Shown: positions 30,532 to 41,704, counted from the first letter of the stretch. The stretch is 64,000 bases of DNA from an uncultured Acidobacteriota bacterium (GCA_963822445.1 CAWGHO010000003.1:1440001-1504000), one strand, 5' to 3'. Notes: generated by a model from the sequence alone, not told the origin. Program-made: numbers and translations.

Positions 30532-30575
30532 CACATTTACAAACACGCCTCGTGAAGGACCTAAACTTTTCCCCC

Positions 30576-33023
30576 ATGCGCCGCCTGCAGACTCTACTCG
30601 CCGTCTTCCTCGTTTCCACCGCCGCATTCGCCGTCGAGCCGACGCTCCGCCAGCCGGGCCGGGACATCGAAGGGCTGCGGCACATGATCGTGCACGCGAG
30701 CAAGCCGCTCACGCCGGAAGACCGGCAGGAGCTCGCCGCGAAAGGCGTCCTCGTCCAGCGGGCGATGACGAACGGGCGGTATCTCGCTCGCGTCGCGGAA
30801 GGGCGCACGGTCGCCGACGCGCGGGTCACGTCCATCGAGCCGCTGACCGTCGAGAAGAAGATCTCCCGCACGGCACTCCGCGAGACGGGCCGGGGCAAGA
30901 CCTGGGCGGAGCTCAACGTTTACTTTCACGACGACGTGAAGTTCGATGATGCCCGCGCGGCACTGCTTGCGGCGGGTGCGGCGATGGATCCGCTGTCGCT
31001 CGACTTCCTCGCGCCGCGACGCATCGTGGTGAAGATCGCCCCGGAGTCGCTCGAGGCCCTGGCGGCCGATGATCGCGTGCAGGCCGTAACCGGTCCCATG
31101 CGCTTCAAGATCAAGTCCGACAACGCCAAGTCCGCGGCGATGTCCCACGTCACCGAGCTGTTCAGCGCGCCGTACGACCTGAGCGGCGCCGGAGTGAACG
31201 TGTCGCTCTTCGAGCTCGGTACGGCCCAGGCTGATCACGTCGAGTTCGGCGGGCGTCTGACCGTCCAGCCACAGGTCGTCGGCGGCAGCAACTCGAACAA
31301 GAACCACGCCACGCACGTCGCCGGAACGATCGGCGCGTCCGGCGTCAACGCGCTGGCAAAGGGGATGGCCCCGAAGGCGAAGGTCTTCCAGTTCTGCGTC
31401 CGCTCGGGAGGCAACTCCTGCACTAACGATTTCCTGTCCGACAAAGACAAGGAGTTGAGCAAAGTCGGCTCGCGCGTCGACAACAATTCCTGGGGCTACG
31501 TCCTCGGCTGGGACCTCGACGAGTACTACGTCTGGAACGACGGCGAGGAGTTCTGGGGTGCGTACGAGCTCGAGCTGGTCTCGCCGATCGACGCCATCTC
31601 GCTCGAGCGGAACATCCTCTTCGTTCATTCAGCCGGCAACGACGGCGACGCACCAGGCTTCGCTGCGTTCTCTGAGCATCGTCACGTCGACGACGACTTC
31701 GACGTGATCAAGGACAAGCTCTTCTGCTACTCGATCAACGGCTCCGGCACGGACTGCCCGACGGCGATCTGCAACGGCACCGATTCGGCCGGCAAGTACG
31801 CCGGCTGCGAGATCAAGAAACATCACCCCTCCATCCCCTTCGACACGATCGGCATGGTCTCCTCGGGGAAGAACACCATCGCCGTCGGCGCGGTGCAGGA
31901 GAACGCCGCAGCGATCAACATCGCCGACTTCAGCTCGCGCGGTCCGGCCAAGGACGGCCGGGTGAAGCCCGATGTCGTCGCGCGTGGCGCCGGCGTCATC
32001 TCCACCGTTCCGACGAACACCTACGGAACGAGCAACGGCACGTCGATGGCTGCGCCGGCGGTCACGGGCATCTCCGCGCTGCTCATCGAGCAGTGGCGCA
32101 AGGTCTTTGTCAGCGACCCGAATCCGGTCCAGCTCAAGGCCCTCATCATCGCCGGCGCGGACGACCTCGGAAATCCCGGGCCGGATTACACGTACGGCTT
32201 CGGACTGGTGAACGCGAAGAATTCAGCGGACCTCATCATCGGCGATGCAGGCTCGGGCAAGCGCATCCGCAACATCAGTGTGGGCAACGGGCAGGAGACT
32301 CAGATTCCGATCGTGCTCGACGCCGCGCAGAACCTGCGGGTGGTCCTGCAGTGGGGAGATCCGTCGATTCCGCTCGTCAACGAATTCGTCGCGGACAAGG
32401 CTCTGGTCAACGACCTGGACATGAAGATCGTCGGTCCGACCGGCACGGTTCACCTGCCGTACGTTCTCGACAAGGCCAACTTCAACGCCAACGCGACGAC
32501 CGGCGTCAATACCGTCGACAACACCGAGCAGATCGAGATCAAGAACGCCGCGCCCGGCGTTTACCGCGTGTCCGTCAACGGCCGCAACGTTCCGCAAGGC
32601 CCGCAGAACGCGGTCGTGATCTCGACCGCACGCACCGCCGCGCCCTGCCTCGATCTGACCGAGTCTTCGAACGACGGAGGTTACGGTCCGATCGTCACCG
32701 GCCAGACCATCCACGCCGCGCTCTGTTCGTCCAGCGACCGCGACATCTTCCGGTTCGTGGCGATGCCCGGCGACGTGCGCGTGACCTTCACGACCGGCGA
32801 CACCGCGATCAGCGCGACGCTGATCAACGAAACGACGAAGGCGACCTCCACCGTCTCGATTCCGGCGAATAGCACCCACACCTTCTCGGAACGAGCGACG
32901 GGCGGGGAGACGACCTTCACCGTCGAGGTGCAGTCACTCGGAACGCTCGGCGCCGAGCCGTTCTACCGCTTCACCCCGCAGTTCATCGCGCCGAGCGCGC
33001 CGCGGCGGCGGTCGGTGCGGTAG
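30576..33023 (+). CDS. Secreted S8 peptidase (paralog of the 26506 gene) with C-terminal PRRRSVR tail
   Basis: Signal peptide from ATG 30576; HATHVAGT, SAGN, GTSMAAP; extensive similarity to the upstream S8. Confidence 0.9.
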   Translation: MRRLQTLLAVFLVSTAAFAVEPTLRQPGRDIEGLRHMIVHASKPLTPEDRQELAAKGVLVQRAMTNGRYLARVAEGRTVADARVTSIEPLTVEKKISRTALRETGRGKTWAELNVYFHDDVKFDDARAALLAAGAAMDPLSLDFLAPRRIVVKIAPESLEALAADDRVQAVTGPMRFKIKSDNAKSAAMSHVTELFSAPYDLSGAGVNVSLFELGTAQADHVEFGGRLTVQPQVVGGSNSNKNHATHVAGTIGASGVNALAKGMAPKAKVFQFCVRSGGNSCTNDFLSDKDKELSKVGSRVDNNSWGYVLGWDLDEYYVWNDGEEFWGAYELELVSPIDAISLERNILFVHSAGNDGDAPGFAAFSEHRHVDDDFDVIKDKLFCYSINGSGTDCPTAICNGTDSAGKYAGCEIKKHHPSIPFDTIGMVSSGKNTIAVGAVQENAAAINIADFSSRGPAKDGRVKPDVVARGAGVISTVPTNTYGTSNGTSMAAPAVTGISALLIEQWRKVFVSDPNPVQLKALIIAGADDLGNPGPDYTYGFGLVNAKNSADLIIGDAGSGKRIRNISVGNGQETQIPIVLDAAQNLRVVLQWGDPSIPLVNEFVADKALVNDLDMKIVGPTGTVHLPYVLDKANFNANATTGVNTVDNTEQIEIKNAAPGVYRVSVNGRNVPQGPQNAVVISTARTAAPCLDLTESSNDGGYGPIVTGQTIHAALCSSSDRDIFRFVAMPGDVRVTFTTGDTAISATLINETTKATSTVSIPANSTHTFSERATGGETTFTVEVQSLGTLGAEPFYRFTPQFIAPSAPRRRSVR

Positions 33024-33043
33024 TTTCCGGTACATTGTTCGTC

Positions 33044-33259
33044 ATGCCCGAGCGCGTCATTCACTCCGATCCTGAGATTCTCGGCGGAACTCCCGTTTTC
33101 GTCGGAACTCGGGTACCCCTGCAAGCCCTGATCGATTATCTGGAAGGCGGGCACCCTCTGGCAGAGTTCCTCGACGACTTTCCCACCGTCAGTCGAGAGC
33201 AGGCGGTTGCCGCGCTCGAGCAGGCGAAGGAACTGCTGGTTGCGCATTCTGCTGGATGA
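33044..33259 (+). CDS. DUF433 protein (putative antitoxin)
   Basis: DPEILGGTPVF.GTRVP...FP.VSREQ..AAL. Confidence 0.9.
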   Translation: MPERVIHSDPEILGGTPVFVGTRVPLQALIDYLEGGHPLAEFLDDFPTVSREQAVAALEQAKELLVAHSAG

Positions 33260-33557
33260 GTGCGTTCCGCGCGGATTGAAGCGGAGCCTGGCCGGACACG
33301 AGGTCGTAACGGTTCCCGAGGCCGGGTTCGCAGGGCTCGAGAACGGTCAGCTCCTCCGCGCTGCCGATGGTAGGTTCGACGTGCTCATCACCACGGACAA
33401 GAGTATTCAGTATCAGCAGCACCTGGCCGCGTATTCGATAGCGTTTGTTCTTCTTCGCGCTCGTAGCAACGACATCAACGATCTCGAACCTCTCGTGCGA
33501 GAGTTGCTTCCCCAACTGACGGCGCTCGCTCCCGGCAAGTTGATCGTTGTTCAGTGA
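33240..33557 (+). CDS. DUF5615 / VapC45-like PIN toxin
   Basis: RILLDECVP...H.V.TV...LITTDK; overlaps the DUF433 gene. Confidence 0.85.
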   Translation: MRILLDECVPRGLKRSLAGHEVVTVPEAGFAGLENGQLLRAADGRFDVLITTDKSIQYQQHLAAYSIAFVLLRARSNDINDLEPLVRELLPQLTALAPGKLIVVQ

Positions 33558-33596
33558 ACCTCGCCCCCGCTCCACTCCACTACAATGCGCGCCGCT

Positions 33597-34388
33597 ATGG
33601 CGGCGTACAAAACACTCACTCTCGAGCATGCCGACGACGTGCTCACGGTCACCCTCAACCGGCCGGAAGTTCACAACGCGTTCAACGACGAGCTGATCGC
33701 CGAGGCCATCGACCTCTTCTCGAACATCGACGCTGAGGCCACGCGCGTGGTCGTGCTGAAAGGCACGGGCAAGAACTTCTGCGCGGGCGCGGACCTCAAC
33801 TGGATGTCGCGGATGGTCAGTTACACGCGCGAGGAGAACGTCCGCGATTCGTCGAAGCTGGCGAAGATGTACCAGCTCATGAACGAATGCCCGGTGCCGC
33901 TGGTCGGGCGCATCCATGGCGCGGCGATCGGCGGCGGCGTCGGACTGGTCTCCGTCTGCGACATCGCAGTCGCCCTCGAAGGAACGCAATTCGGGCTGTC
34001 GGAAGTGAAGCTGGGGATTCTCCCCGCCGTAATCTCGCCGTATGTCATCGCCAAGATCGGCGAGACGCACGCGCGGGCGTTGTTCCTCACCGGCGAGCGG
34101 TTCGACACCGAGCGCGCGTTGCGCATCGGGCTGGTGCATCGCGTGGTCGACACGGTCGAAGCGCTGGACGCGGCGGTTTACGAGACCGTCACGCAGCTCA
34201 AGACGTCGGGTCCCGAGGCGGTGCGGGAGTGCAAGAAGCTGATCGCGCACGTCAAGTCGCACGAGCTCGCCGACGCCATCGGCTTCACCATCGAAGCGAT
34301 CGCCACCCGCCGCACCTCGGAAGAGGGGCAGGAGGGGATGAAGGCGTTCCTCAACAAAGGTCTGGCCTCTTGGATATCGAAAAATTAG
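33597..34388 (+). CDS. liuC: Methylglutaconyl-CoA hydratase-like crotonase
   Basis: NRPEVHNAF, FCAGADLNWM, GAAIGGGVGL, SEVKLGILPAVISPYV; precedes a biotin carboxylase. Confidence 0.75.
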   Translation: MAAYKTLTLEHADDVLTVTLNRPEVHNAFNDELIAEAIDLFSNIDAEATRVVVLKGTGKNFCAGADLNWMSRMVSYTREENVRDSSKLAKMYQLMNECPVPLVGRIHGAAIGGGVGLVSVCDIAVALEGTQFGLSEVKLGILPAVISPYVIAKIGETHARALFLTGERFDTERALRIGLVHRVVDTVEALDAAVYETVTQLKTSGPEAVRECKKLIAHVKSHELADAIGFTIEAIATRRTSEEGQEGMKAFLNKGLASWISKN

Positions 34389-35889
34389 TTGTCCCCAATC
34401 GCGGCGAGATCGCGGTGCGCATCGCCCGCGCCTGCCGGGAGATGGGCATCGCTTCCGTGCTCGCTCACGCGGACGATGACGACATCCGCTACATCCGCCG
34501 TTTCTTCGACGAGACGATCTCGCTCGGCAAGTCGTACCTCGACGTCGCCAGGGTGATCGACGCCGCGCGGAAGTCGGGCGCGACCGCTCTTCATCCCGGC
34601 TACGGCTTTCTTTCCGAGCGGGCCGAGCTCGCGGCAGCCTGCGAAGAGAGCGGGATCATCTTCGTCGGACCGAAATCGTCGTCGATTGCGGCGATGGGCT
34701 CGAAGGCCGACTCGCGCCGCCTGATGCAGTCGCACGGCGTGCCGGTGGTCCCGGGTTACGACGGCGAGGATCAGGCGCTGGAAACGCTGACGCGCGAAGC
34801 GGAGAAAGTCGGATTCCCGCTGCTGGTCAAAGCGTCCGCGGGCGGCGGCGGGAAGGGGATGAAGATCGTTCGCGCACGCGAAGAGCTTCGTCCGGCGATC
34901 GAGTCCGCGCAGCGCGAGGCCATGAAGGCGTTCGGCGACGACCGCCTGCTACTCGAGCGCTACATCGAAGAGCCGCGGCACGTCGAGTTCCAGGTCTTCG
35001 GCGACACGCACGGCAACATCGTTCATCTCTTCGAGCGTGATTGCTCGATCCAGCGGCGGCATCAGAAGGTGGTCGAGGAAACACCGGCGCCGCGCTACCC
35101 CGACGAGCTTCGTCAGCGTATGGCCAAGGCGGCGATCGCGGCGGCACGCGGCGTCGATTACGTCAACGCGGGCACGGTCGAGTTCATCGTCACGCCGGAA
35201 GGGGAGTTTTACTTCCTGGAGATGAACACGCGCTTGCAGGTCGAGCATCCGGTGACGGAGCTGGTGACCGGCATCGATCTCGTTCGCGCGCAGATCGACG
35301 TGGCCTCGGGCAAACCGCTTCCGTGGAAACAGGAAGAGCTCCGTCAGCGCGGACATGCCATCGAAGTTCGCGTGTACGCCGAAGATCCGGATGATCGGTT
35401 TCTGCCGCAGAGCGGAACGATCGCCGCGTACGCCGAGCCGTCCAGCCCGGGCATTCGCGTCGATGCCGGGGTCATGCGCGGCAGCGAGATCAGCGTGAAG
35501 TTCGATCCGATGCTCGCGAAGCTCGATCTGCCTTCGCGGAGACGCGCGAAGCTGCGATCGATCGTCTTTCGCGCGCGCTCCGCGACTACGTGATTCTCGG
35601 GACGAAGACAAATGTCTCCTGGCTGCGGCGCGTCATCACCCATCCGGCATTTCGTGAAGGGCTGGTGAGCACGCGCTTCATCCCCGAGCACGAGGAGACG
35701 TTGCGGCGGGATGTGCCGGAGGTCGCGGCGATGATCGCGACGGCCATCGCCGGCGTGCCGCGGAAACGTGCAGCGGTCAGCACCGAAGCGGGGGATTCCC
35801 TCGGTGTGGGACCTGATTACCTTCCCAGGCTCTCCGGCGCCCGCACCCGTCCCGCCACTCCGCAAAGAATCAGCAGAGTGACGACGTAG
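34370..35889 (+). CDS. Biotin carboxylase subunit of an acyl-CoA carboxylase (frameshift near 35525; 3' end uncertain; no biotinyl domain)
   Basis: NRGEIA, HPGYGFLSE, GGGGKGM, ERDCSIQRRHQK, EMNTRLQVEHPVTE, FDPMLAK. Confidence 0.88.
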
Positions 35890-36632
35890 GGCACGGCCAG
35901 CAGCAGGTGGAACGGCACGCCGCGGTTCGAGGCCTGCAGCGCGTACTGCAGCGCCGCGGCGAGACCGAAGATCGCCGTGCCGACCAGTGCGCCTTTCAGC
36001 TTCCAGCGGCCGAAGATCACGATCGACAGCGCGATGAAGCCGCGCCCGGCGGTCATGTTCTCGGCGAAGCCGCTCGACAATCCTAGAGAGAGAAATGCGC
36101 CGCCGAGTCCCGCGAGCAGTGCTTCGATTCCGAGGGCGAGCCAGCGATGCAACTGCACGGAATGTCCCGCGGCGAGCACGGCCTCGGGATTCTCGCCGCA
36201 TGCGCGCAGCCGCAATCCGAAGGACGTGTTCCAGAGCAGGAGCGCGAGCGCGATGGGGATGACGATCCAGGCCAGGGGCAGGATCACGTCCGGATTCAAG
36301 CGCTGCGGCGTGGCAAAGCGCGCGTTCATCTCGCGATACAGAAAGCTGGTGATGCCGACGGCGAGGAGATTGATGGCTGTCCCGGTCACAATCTGATCGG
36401 CGCGCAACGTGATCGTGAAGAAGCCGAACAGCAGCGCGACCGCGGCCGCGCCGGCAATTCCCGCCGCCGGGCCGGCGAGCACTGCGCACATCGCCGCGAC
36501 GAGCATCATCCCTTCGATGCCGAGGTTGAGGATGCCGCTGCGCTGGACGACGAGCTCGCCCTGCACCGCGAGGAGTAGCGGTGTCGACGCGAGCAGCGCC
36601 AGCGGAATCAGATCAGCGAGCTGTTCGTACAC
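35817..36632 (-). CDS. Nucleoside/sugar ABC transporter permease
   Basis: G..NLGIEGMM, GLRLRACGENP, MTAGRGFIAL, PY. Confidence 0.88.
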   Translation of the reverse strand: MYEQLADLIPLALLASTPLLLAVQGELVVQRSGILNLGIEGMMLVAAMCAVLAGPAAGIAGAAAVALLFGFFTITLRADQIVTGTAINLLAVGITSFLYREMNARFATPQRLNPDVILPLAWIVIPIALALLLWNTSFGLRLRACGENPEAVLAAGHSVQLHRWLALGIEALLAGLGGAFLSLGLSSGFAENMTAGRGFIALSIVIFGRWKLKGALVGTAIFGLAAALQYALQASNRGVPFHLLLAVPYVVTLLILCGVAGRVRAPESLGR

Positions 36633-37576
36633 GTTCGAATCCGATCAGGACGAGGATGACCACGGCCTGGCCGAATGTGGCCACCGCGGAGGAGATGTTC
36701 GCGCTTCGCTGCAGTTCGCCCGCACCGGTGACGAGCGCGCCGAAGAAGATCGCCGAAGCGATGCTGGCGAGCGGATGCAGCTGCGCGAGGAGCGCGACGG
36801 CGATTCCCGAGTAGCCGTAACCGGCGGCGAACCGCTCGAAAAGACGATGGGTGACGCCGAGGAGCTCGATGCCGCCCGCCAGTCCGGCCAGCGCGCCGGA
36901 GAGAGCCATGGCCCGGGCGATCTGCGCGTTGACGTTGATGCCGGCCCAGCGCGCGGCGAACGGGTTGAAGCCGGTCGCGCGAAGCCGCAGACCTTCGGCG
37001 GTGCGATACAGCAGCCACCAGACGGCGACGCTGGCGAAAAGGGCGATCAGCAATCCCGAATGCAGCGAGCCGATTCGCATGAGCTCCGCGCCGGCGCGAT
37101 CGCTCTGCGGATACTGCGCGACCTTCTCCTGCATCGGTCCGTTGACCGCCCAGCCGAGAAGATGGATGGCGATGAAGTTCAGAAGGATGGTCGTCAGCAC
37201 TTCCGGGCGCGTTGCGCCATAGCCGCATAGCCGTCGCGATGGACGCCCACGCCGCGCCGGCCAGCATCGACGCGAGGAGCGCCGGAATCGTTCCGTACGG
37301 CGACGCGAGAAGACCCGCCATCGCGCCGACGATGAACTGCCCTTCGGCGCCGATGTTCCAGACTCCGCCGCGGAACGCGAGCGCGACACTGAGTCCGGTG
37401 AGAAGCAGCGGAACGGTCTTGAGGAGAGTGCCCTGCATCGCGAACGGCGAGCCGACCGAGCCGCCGATGAGGATCGAAAGCAGCGTGCGAGGGGAGTGGC
37501 CGAACATCGCGCCGGCGAGGGCGAGCAGGAGCACGGCGGCGCCGGCCGCGACGATCGCCGCGGCGACGCGCTTCAC
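36613..37576 (-). CDS. Nucleoside/sugar ABC transporter permease (frameshift near 37205)
   Basis: WNIGAEGQ, EVLTTILLN, G.RLRATG.N, GYGYSGIAVALL. Confidence 0.85.
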
Positions 37577-38799
37577 AGGATCCCCGCCATGAGATTCGCG
37601 ATGCGCGGGATCGCTTCCTCGGCGGTCATGGGCTCGCTGAGCCGGCCGCGGTAGATCACCTGAATCGTGGCGGCGAGGGCGAAGGCTTCGTCGAGGTCGG
37701 AGGTGATGAGCGTGACCTTCGCGCCGCCATCCGCCGCGGAGCGAAGCTGTTCGTGCACGAAGGCGGTCGCGTCGAGATCGAGGCCGCGGGTCGGCTCAGC
37801 GGCGACGATGAGCCTCGGATTGCGATCCAGCTCGCGGGCGAGGATGACCTTCTGCTGATTGCCGCCCGACAACGATCCCGTCTTCTGATGCGGACCGCTC
37901 GCGCGGATCGAATAGCGCGCGATGATCTCGTTCGCGTTGTGGACGCCGCGCAACGCGAGATTCTCGGCAATGCTCATCTCCGCCACGATCCCGTCGCGGG
38001 TCCGATCCTCGGGGATGTGCGCCGCCTCCGGATGTTCATCGCGAATTCTCGCGGCAAGCTCGGTCTGACCGTTGCCGGCCACTCCGACGATTGCGGTGAT
38101 GTTGCGATGGCGAGCCGCTGCGCTCCTGCGGCGCGGTCTGAACCATCGCGCTGGCCAGTTCGACGGCGGTCGTTTCCGCGGTTTTCTTCTCGGCCACGAC
38201 ACGCCCGGCCCGCATCACCACGATGCGATCGGCGATCTCCATCACCTCGGCCAGCTTGTGGCTGATGAACACGATCGCCGTTCCGTTCATCGCAAGACGC
38301 CGAATGACAGCGAACAGCTCGCGCGACTCGGAAGGGGTGAGGACGGACGTCGGCTCGTCGAGCACGAGCGTGGCCGGCTTGCGCGCGATGGCTTTGATCA
38401 GCTCGAGCTTCGACTTCTCGCCGACCGACAGATCGCCGACGCGGCGCGACACGTCCCGCAGTTCGATGCCGCTCGCAGTGATCACGGCCGCGGCCTGACG
38501 CATCAGGCTCGCGCGACGCAGAAAGCGAAAGCCGCGATCGTTCAGCGCGAGGTTCTCGGCGATGGTCAGTTCGGAGACGAGCATGAAGTGCTGATGCACG
38601 AGCTCGACCGCGCCCGATCCTTCGACTGTGCCGCTGTCCGGCGGCGATCTCGCCCGCGGCAATGCGCATCAGCGTGGTCTTGCCCGCGCCGTTCTCGCCG
38701 ACGAGCGCGACGATCTCGCCGTCGCGCACCTCGAAGGAAACGTCGATCGACCGCGCGCGTTGCGCCGAAGGATTTGACGATGTGGGAGAGCCGGAGCAC
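37573..38799 (-). CDS. ABC transporter ATP-binding protein, two NBDs (several frameshifts)
   Basis: GENGAGKT, VHQHF, LSVGE, LDEPT, ISHKL; second domain LSGGNQQK, EPTRGLD. Confidence 0.85.
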
Positions 38800-39799
38800 T
38801 ACAGCAATCCAGAGCGGCGGTTTCGAGGCGCCGCTCTTGATGTCTCCGGTCAGCTTCTCGACCTCGGCGACCGTCGCCGGTGTGATCTGCGCCTTCAGGG
38901 CGTCGTTCCACTCGAGACGGATCGTGCCGTCGTTCATGCCGAAGTGCTGCACTTCCGGCTTGAAGCGCCCTTCCTTGACGATTCTCGCCATCTCCGCGTA
39001 CGCGCCGGCGACGTCGACGACCGCCGAGGCGACGACGACGTCCGGCGCGAGCTCGGTCTGGTTCTTGTTCGCGCCGAAACAGCGGATCTTGCGCTCGCTG
39101 CAGGCCTGGAACACGCCGCGTCCGGCCTCGTTGGCCTGATGGAAGATGAAGTCGCAGCCGGCGTTGATCAGCGAGAGCGTGGCGACTTCGCGGCGCCGAG
39201 GTCGTCGAAGTTGCCGGTGTAGATCTCGCTTCACTTCGAACTTCGGATTCACCGAGTGCGCGCCGGCTTTGAAGGCGAGGAAGCTCGAAGCGATCGAGGG
39301 GACGTTGATGCCGCCGACCAGGCCCGCTTTGCCGGTCTTCGACTCGCGCGCGGCGATGACGCCGAGGAGGTAGGTTGCTTCCTCGACCTTGAAGCTCATC
39401 GGAGCGTAGTTCGGGCCGATGGTGCTTCCCGAAGTCGTGACGAAGATCGTCTTCGGATACTCGGCGCCGGCCTTCTTCGCCGCTTCTTGGAACTCGAAGC
39501 CGTGGCCGAAGGCGAGGCTCGAATCCCTTCGCGCCGTAGGAGCGGAATCCTTCCTCGAACTCCGCCGGGGTCTTCGTCTCCTGATGCGAGATCTCGGCGC
39601 CGAGATTGCTCTTGATGCGCTGCATGCCCTCCCAGGCGATGGCGTTCCAGCCGGCGTCTTGAATCGAGCCGGGCGTGAGCAGGCCGACTTTGAATGCCGG
39701 CGCTGGTGCGGTGGTGGCGGTGACGGGTTCGGCGGTTTCCCGCCGCGACTCACATGCGGCGAGAAAGAGAAGGGCAATGGCGACCACGGCACGTTTCAT
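38799..39799 (-). CDS. BMP family ABC substrate-binding lipoprotein (several frameshifts)
   Basis: Lipobox LAAC; G.I.D.GWN, GHGFEF, F..EE..YL.G, F..GA..VNP. Confidence 0.85.
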
Positions 39800-39872
39800 G
39801 GCGCGGATTTTACGGGTGGACAGTCGGTAGGGGCCAGTGATACACGGAAGAGCTGCGACTGAAGGAGGATTC

Positions 39873-40073
39873 ATGGACGACATCGAACGCAACAACGACG
39901 GCGGCGACTACGAGGATGAGGACGAGCAGATCGAGCAGATGATCATCGAGAACGGCATCCTCCTGCACAGCCTGGCCGCGCTCCTGGTTCGGAAGGGCAT
40001 TCTCAAGCAGGAAGAGATCGACGCGGAGATGGATCGCCTCTACGACGAGATGGAGAATTTCGACCAGCAGTAA
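39873..40073 (+). CDS. Small acidic hypothetical protein
   Basis: AGGAGG RBS; 66 aa; LL.RKG.L..EEI helical motif. Confidence 0.7.
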   Translation: MDDIERNNDGGDYEDEDEQIEQMIIENGILLHSLAALLVRKGILKQEEIDAEMDRLYDEMENFDQQ

Positions 40074-40132
40074 TTGGAATAGGGGCCACTTCAGCCTGTT
40101 TCGACCGGCAACTACTCGCCCCGGAGAAACCC

Positions 40133-41695
40133 ATGACAATCCGAAGACTTCTCACCGTGGCCATCCTGATCACGGCCGGCGCAAATGCGCTCGCGCTCTC
40201 CCCGCAGCATGAAACGTGGGGGAAGAGTGCCGTCAGTTACCTTTTCACCGAGCAGGAAGCTGCTGCCTGGAAAGCGATCAAAAGCGATAGCGACGCCGAT
40301 GCGTTCGTCGCGCTTTTCTGGGCGCGCCGCGATCCGACTCCCGACACGCCCCGCAACGAGGCTCGCGAGCTGTTCGAGCAGCGTGTGGCCTGGGCGGACG
40401 AGAACCTCAAGCAGGGGAAGAGCCGCGGCTCCATGACCGACCGTGGCAAAGCGTTCATCCTCTACGGGCAGCCGAAGCGGATGGAGCGCTCGCCCGTCGC
40501 CGCGCCGCGGATGAGCACCACGTCGAACGACATGGTCGATACCTCGAGCTGGGTGCAGTGGGTCTACGAAGGCGACGACGCGAAGAACTTCTTCGGAACG
40601 CCGCGCGCCACGATCCGCTTCGTCGATCAGATGGGCAACCAGGAGTTCCGAGTCGATCGCGGTGGAGTCGATCTCACGTCGGCCCAGAAGCGCGCCGTTG
40701 CGCGGATGATCGTCTCCCCGAATCTCACGGCGCCTCGGACGTTCGCCACCACGGCTGCTCCGGCACCCGTGGCCGCCGCTCCGGCTCCCGTGCCGGTCGC
40801 GGCCACGCCGTTGGCGGTGAACCCGCTGAGCACGGCCGCGCTGAGCACGGCCGTCTCCGAGTTCAAGGCAGCGACGGCGAATCCGTACGAGAACAAGGCC
40901 TTCGCGACCTGGGGCGAGTACGTCACGCCGCTCGGTGAGTACTACGTCCCGGTGATGCTGTACGTGCCGAAGAGCAGCGGCATCACCCCCGAGGAAAATG
41001 TCACGTTCTTCGGTGTCATCGAAGACGAGAGCGGCAAGAGCGTACTCACCTTCGAGCAGCCGGCGAGACTGCACACGGCGAAGGACGATTACTTCGTCGA
41101 CCGCTCCCTGGCACTGCCGGCCGGCAAGCACCGCGGCATTTTCGGCATCGCCCGCAACGGCCAGCCGCTGGCGATCGCCTCCACGAACATGACCCTGGCC
41201 GGCTCGCTCGACAAGGACGCCAGCGCGGTCACGCAGTTGATTCTGGCCAACTACATCGCCGCGTCGCAGACCGCGACCGAGCCGACCGAGGCGTTTTCGT
41301 TCGGCGGGGTGAAGGTCGTGCCGAAGGCGGACAAGGTCTTCAAGACCTCCGACGAGCTCTGGTTCTTCTTCTCGGTGCGCAACCCCGGCCTGGCCGAGAT
41401 GGCCGCGACGGAAGGCAGCGCAACCGGCGCGCCCGCCGAAGCGAAGCCGAAGATTCAGATGAAGATGGAAGTCGAGGGCAAGGGCACCGACGGCAAGCCG
41501 CTTCCCAAGAAGACCGCGCCGCCGCGCGAGGTCGATGCGATCGCGATGAAGGGCGTCCCCGGCCACTACGGAATCGGGAATGCCATTCCTCTCGAATCGT
41601 TCAAACCGGGCGACTACACCCTGACCCTGAAGGTGATGGATACGGTGAAAAAGACGTCCTACACGCTCACCGACTCCTTCAAAGTGGTTCAATAG
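40133..41695 (+). CDS. GWxTD domain secreted protein
   Basis: Signal peptide; FWARRDPTP.T..NE, RV..AD, GSMTDRG..FILYG.P. Confidence 0.85.
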   Translation: MTIRRLLTVAILITAGANALALSPQHETWGKSAVSYLFTEQEAAAWKAIKSDSDADAFVALFWARRDPTPDTPRNEARELFEQRVAWADENLKQGKSRGSMTDRGKAFILYGQPKRMERSPVAAPRMSTTSNDMVDTSSWVQWVYEGDDAKNFFGTPRATIRFVDQMGNQEFRVDRGGVDLTSAQKRAVARMIVSPNLTAPRTFATTAAPAPVAAAPAPVPVAATPLAVNPLSTAALSTAVSEFKAATANPYENKAFATWGEYVTPLGEYYVPVMLYVPKSSGITPEENVTFFGVIEDESGKSVLTFEQPARLHTAKDDYFVDRSLALPAGKHRGIFGIARNGQPLAIASTNMTLAGSLDKDASAVTQLILANYIAASQTATEPTEAFSFGGVKVVPKADKVFKTSDELWFFFSVRNPGLAEMAATEGSATGAPAEAKPKIQMKMEVEGKGTDGKPLPKKTAPPREVDAIAMKGVPGHYGIGNAIPLESFKPGDYTLTLKVMDTVKKTSYTLTDSFKVVQ

Positions 41696-41704
41696 CGAAC
41701 ACAT

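Noticed and set aside
30459-30575. ORF-track N-terminal extension of the second S8 protease
   Set aside because: It overlaps tRNA-Leu; the signal peptide and a -10 box support ATG 30576
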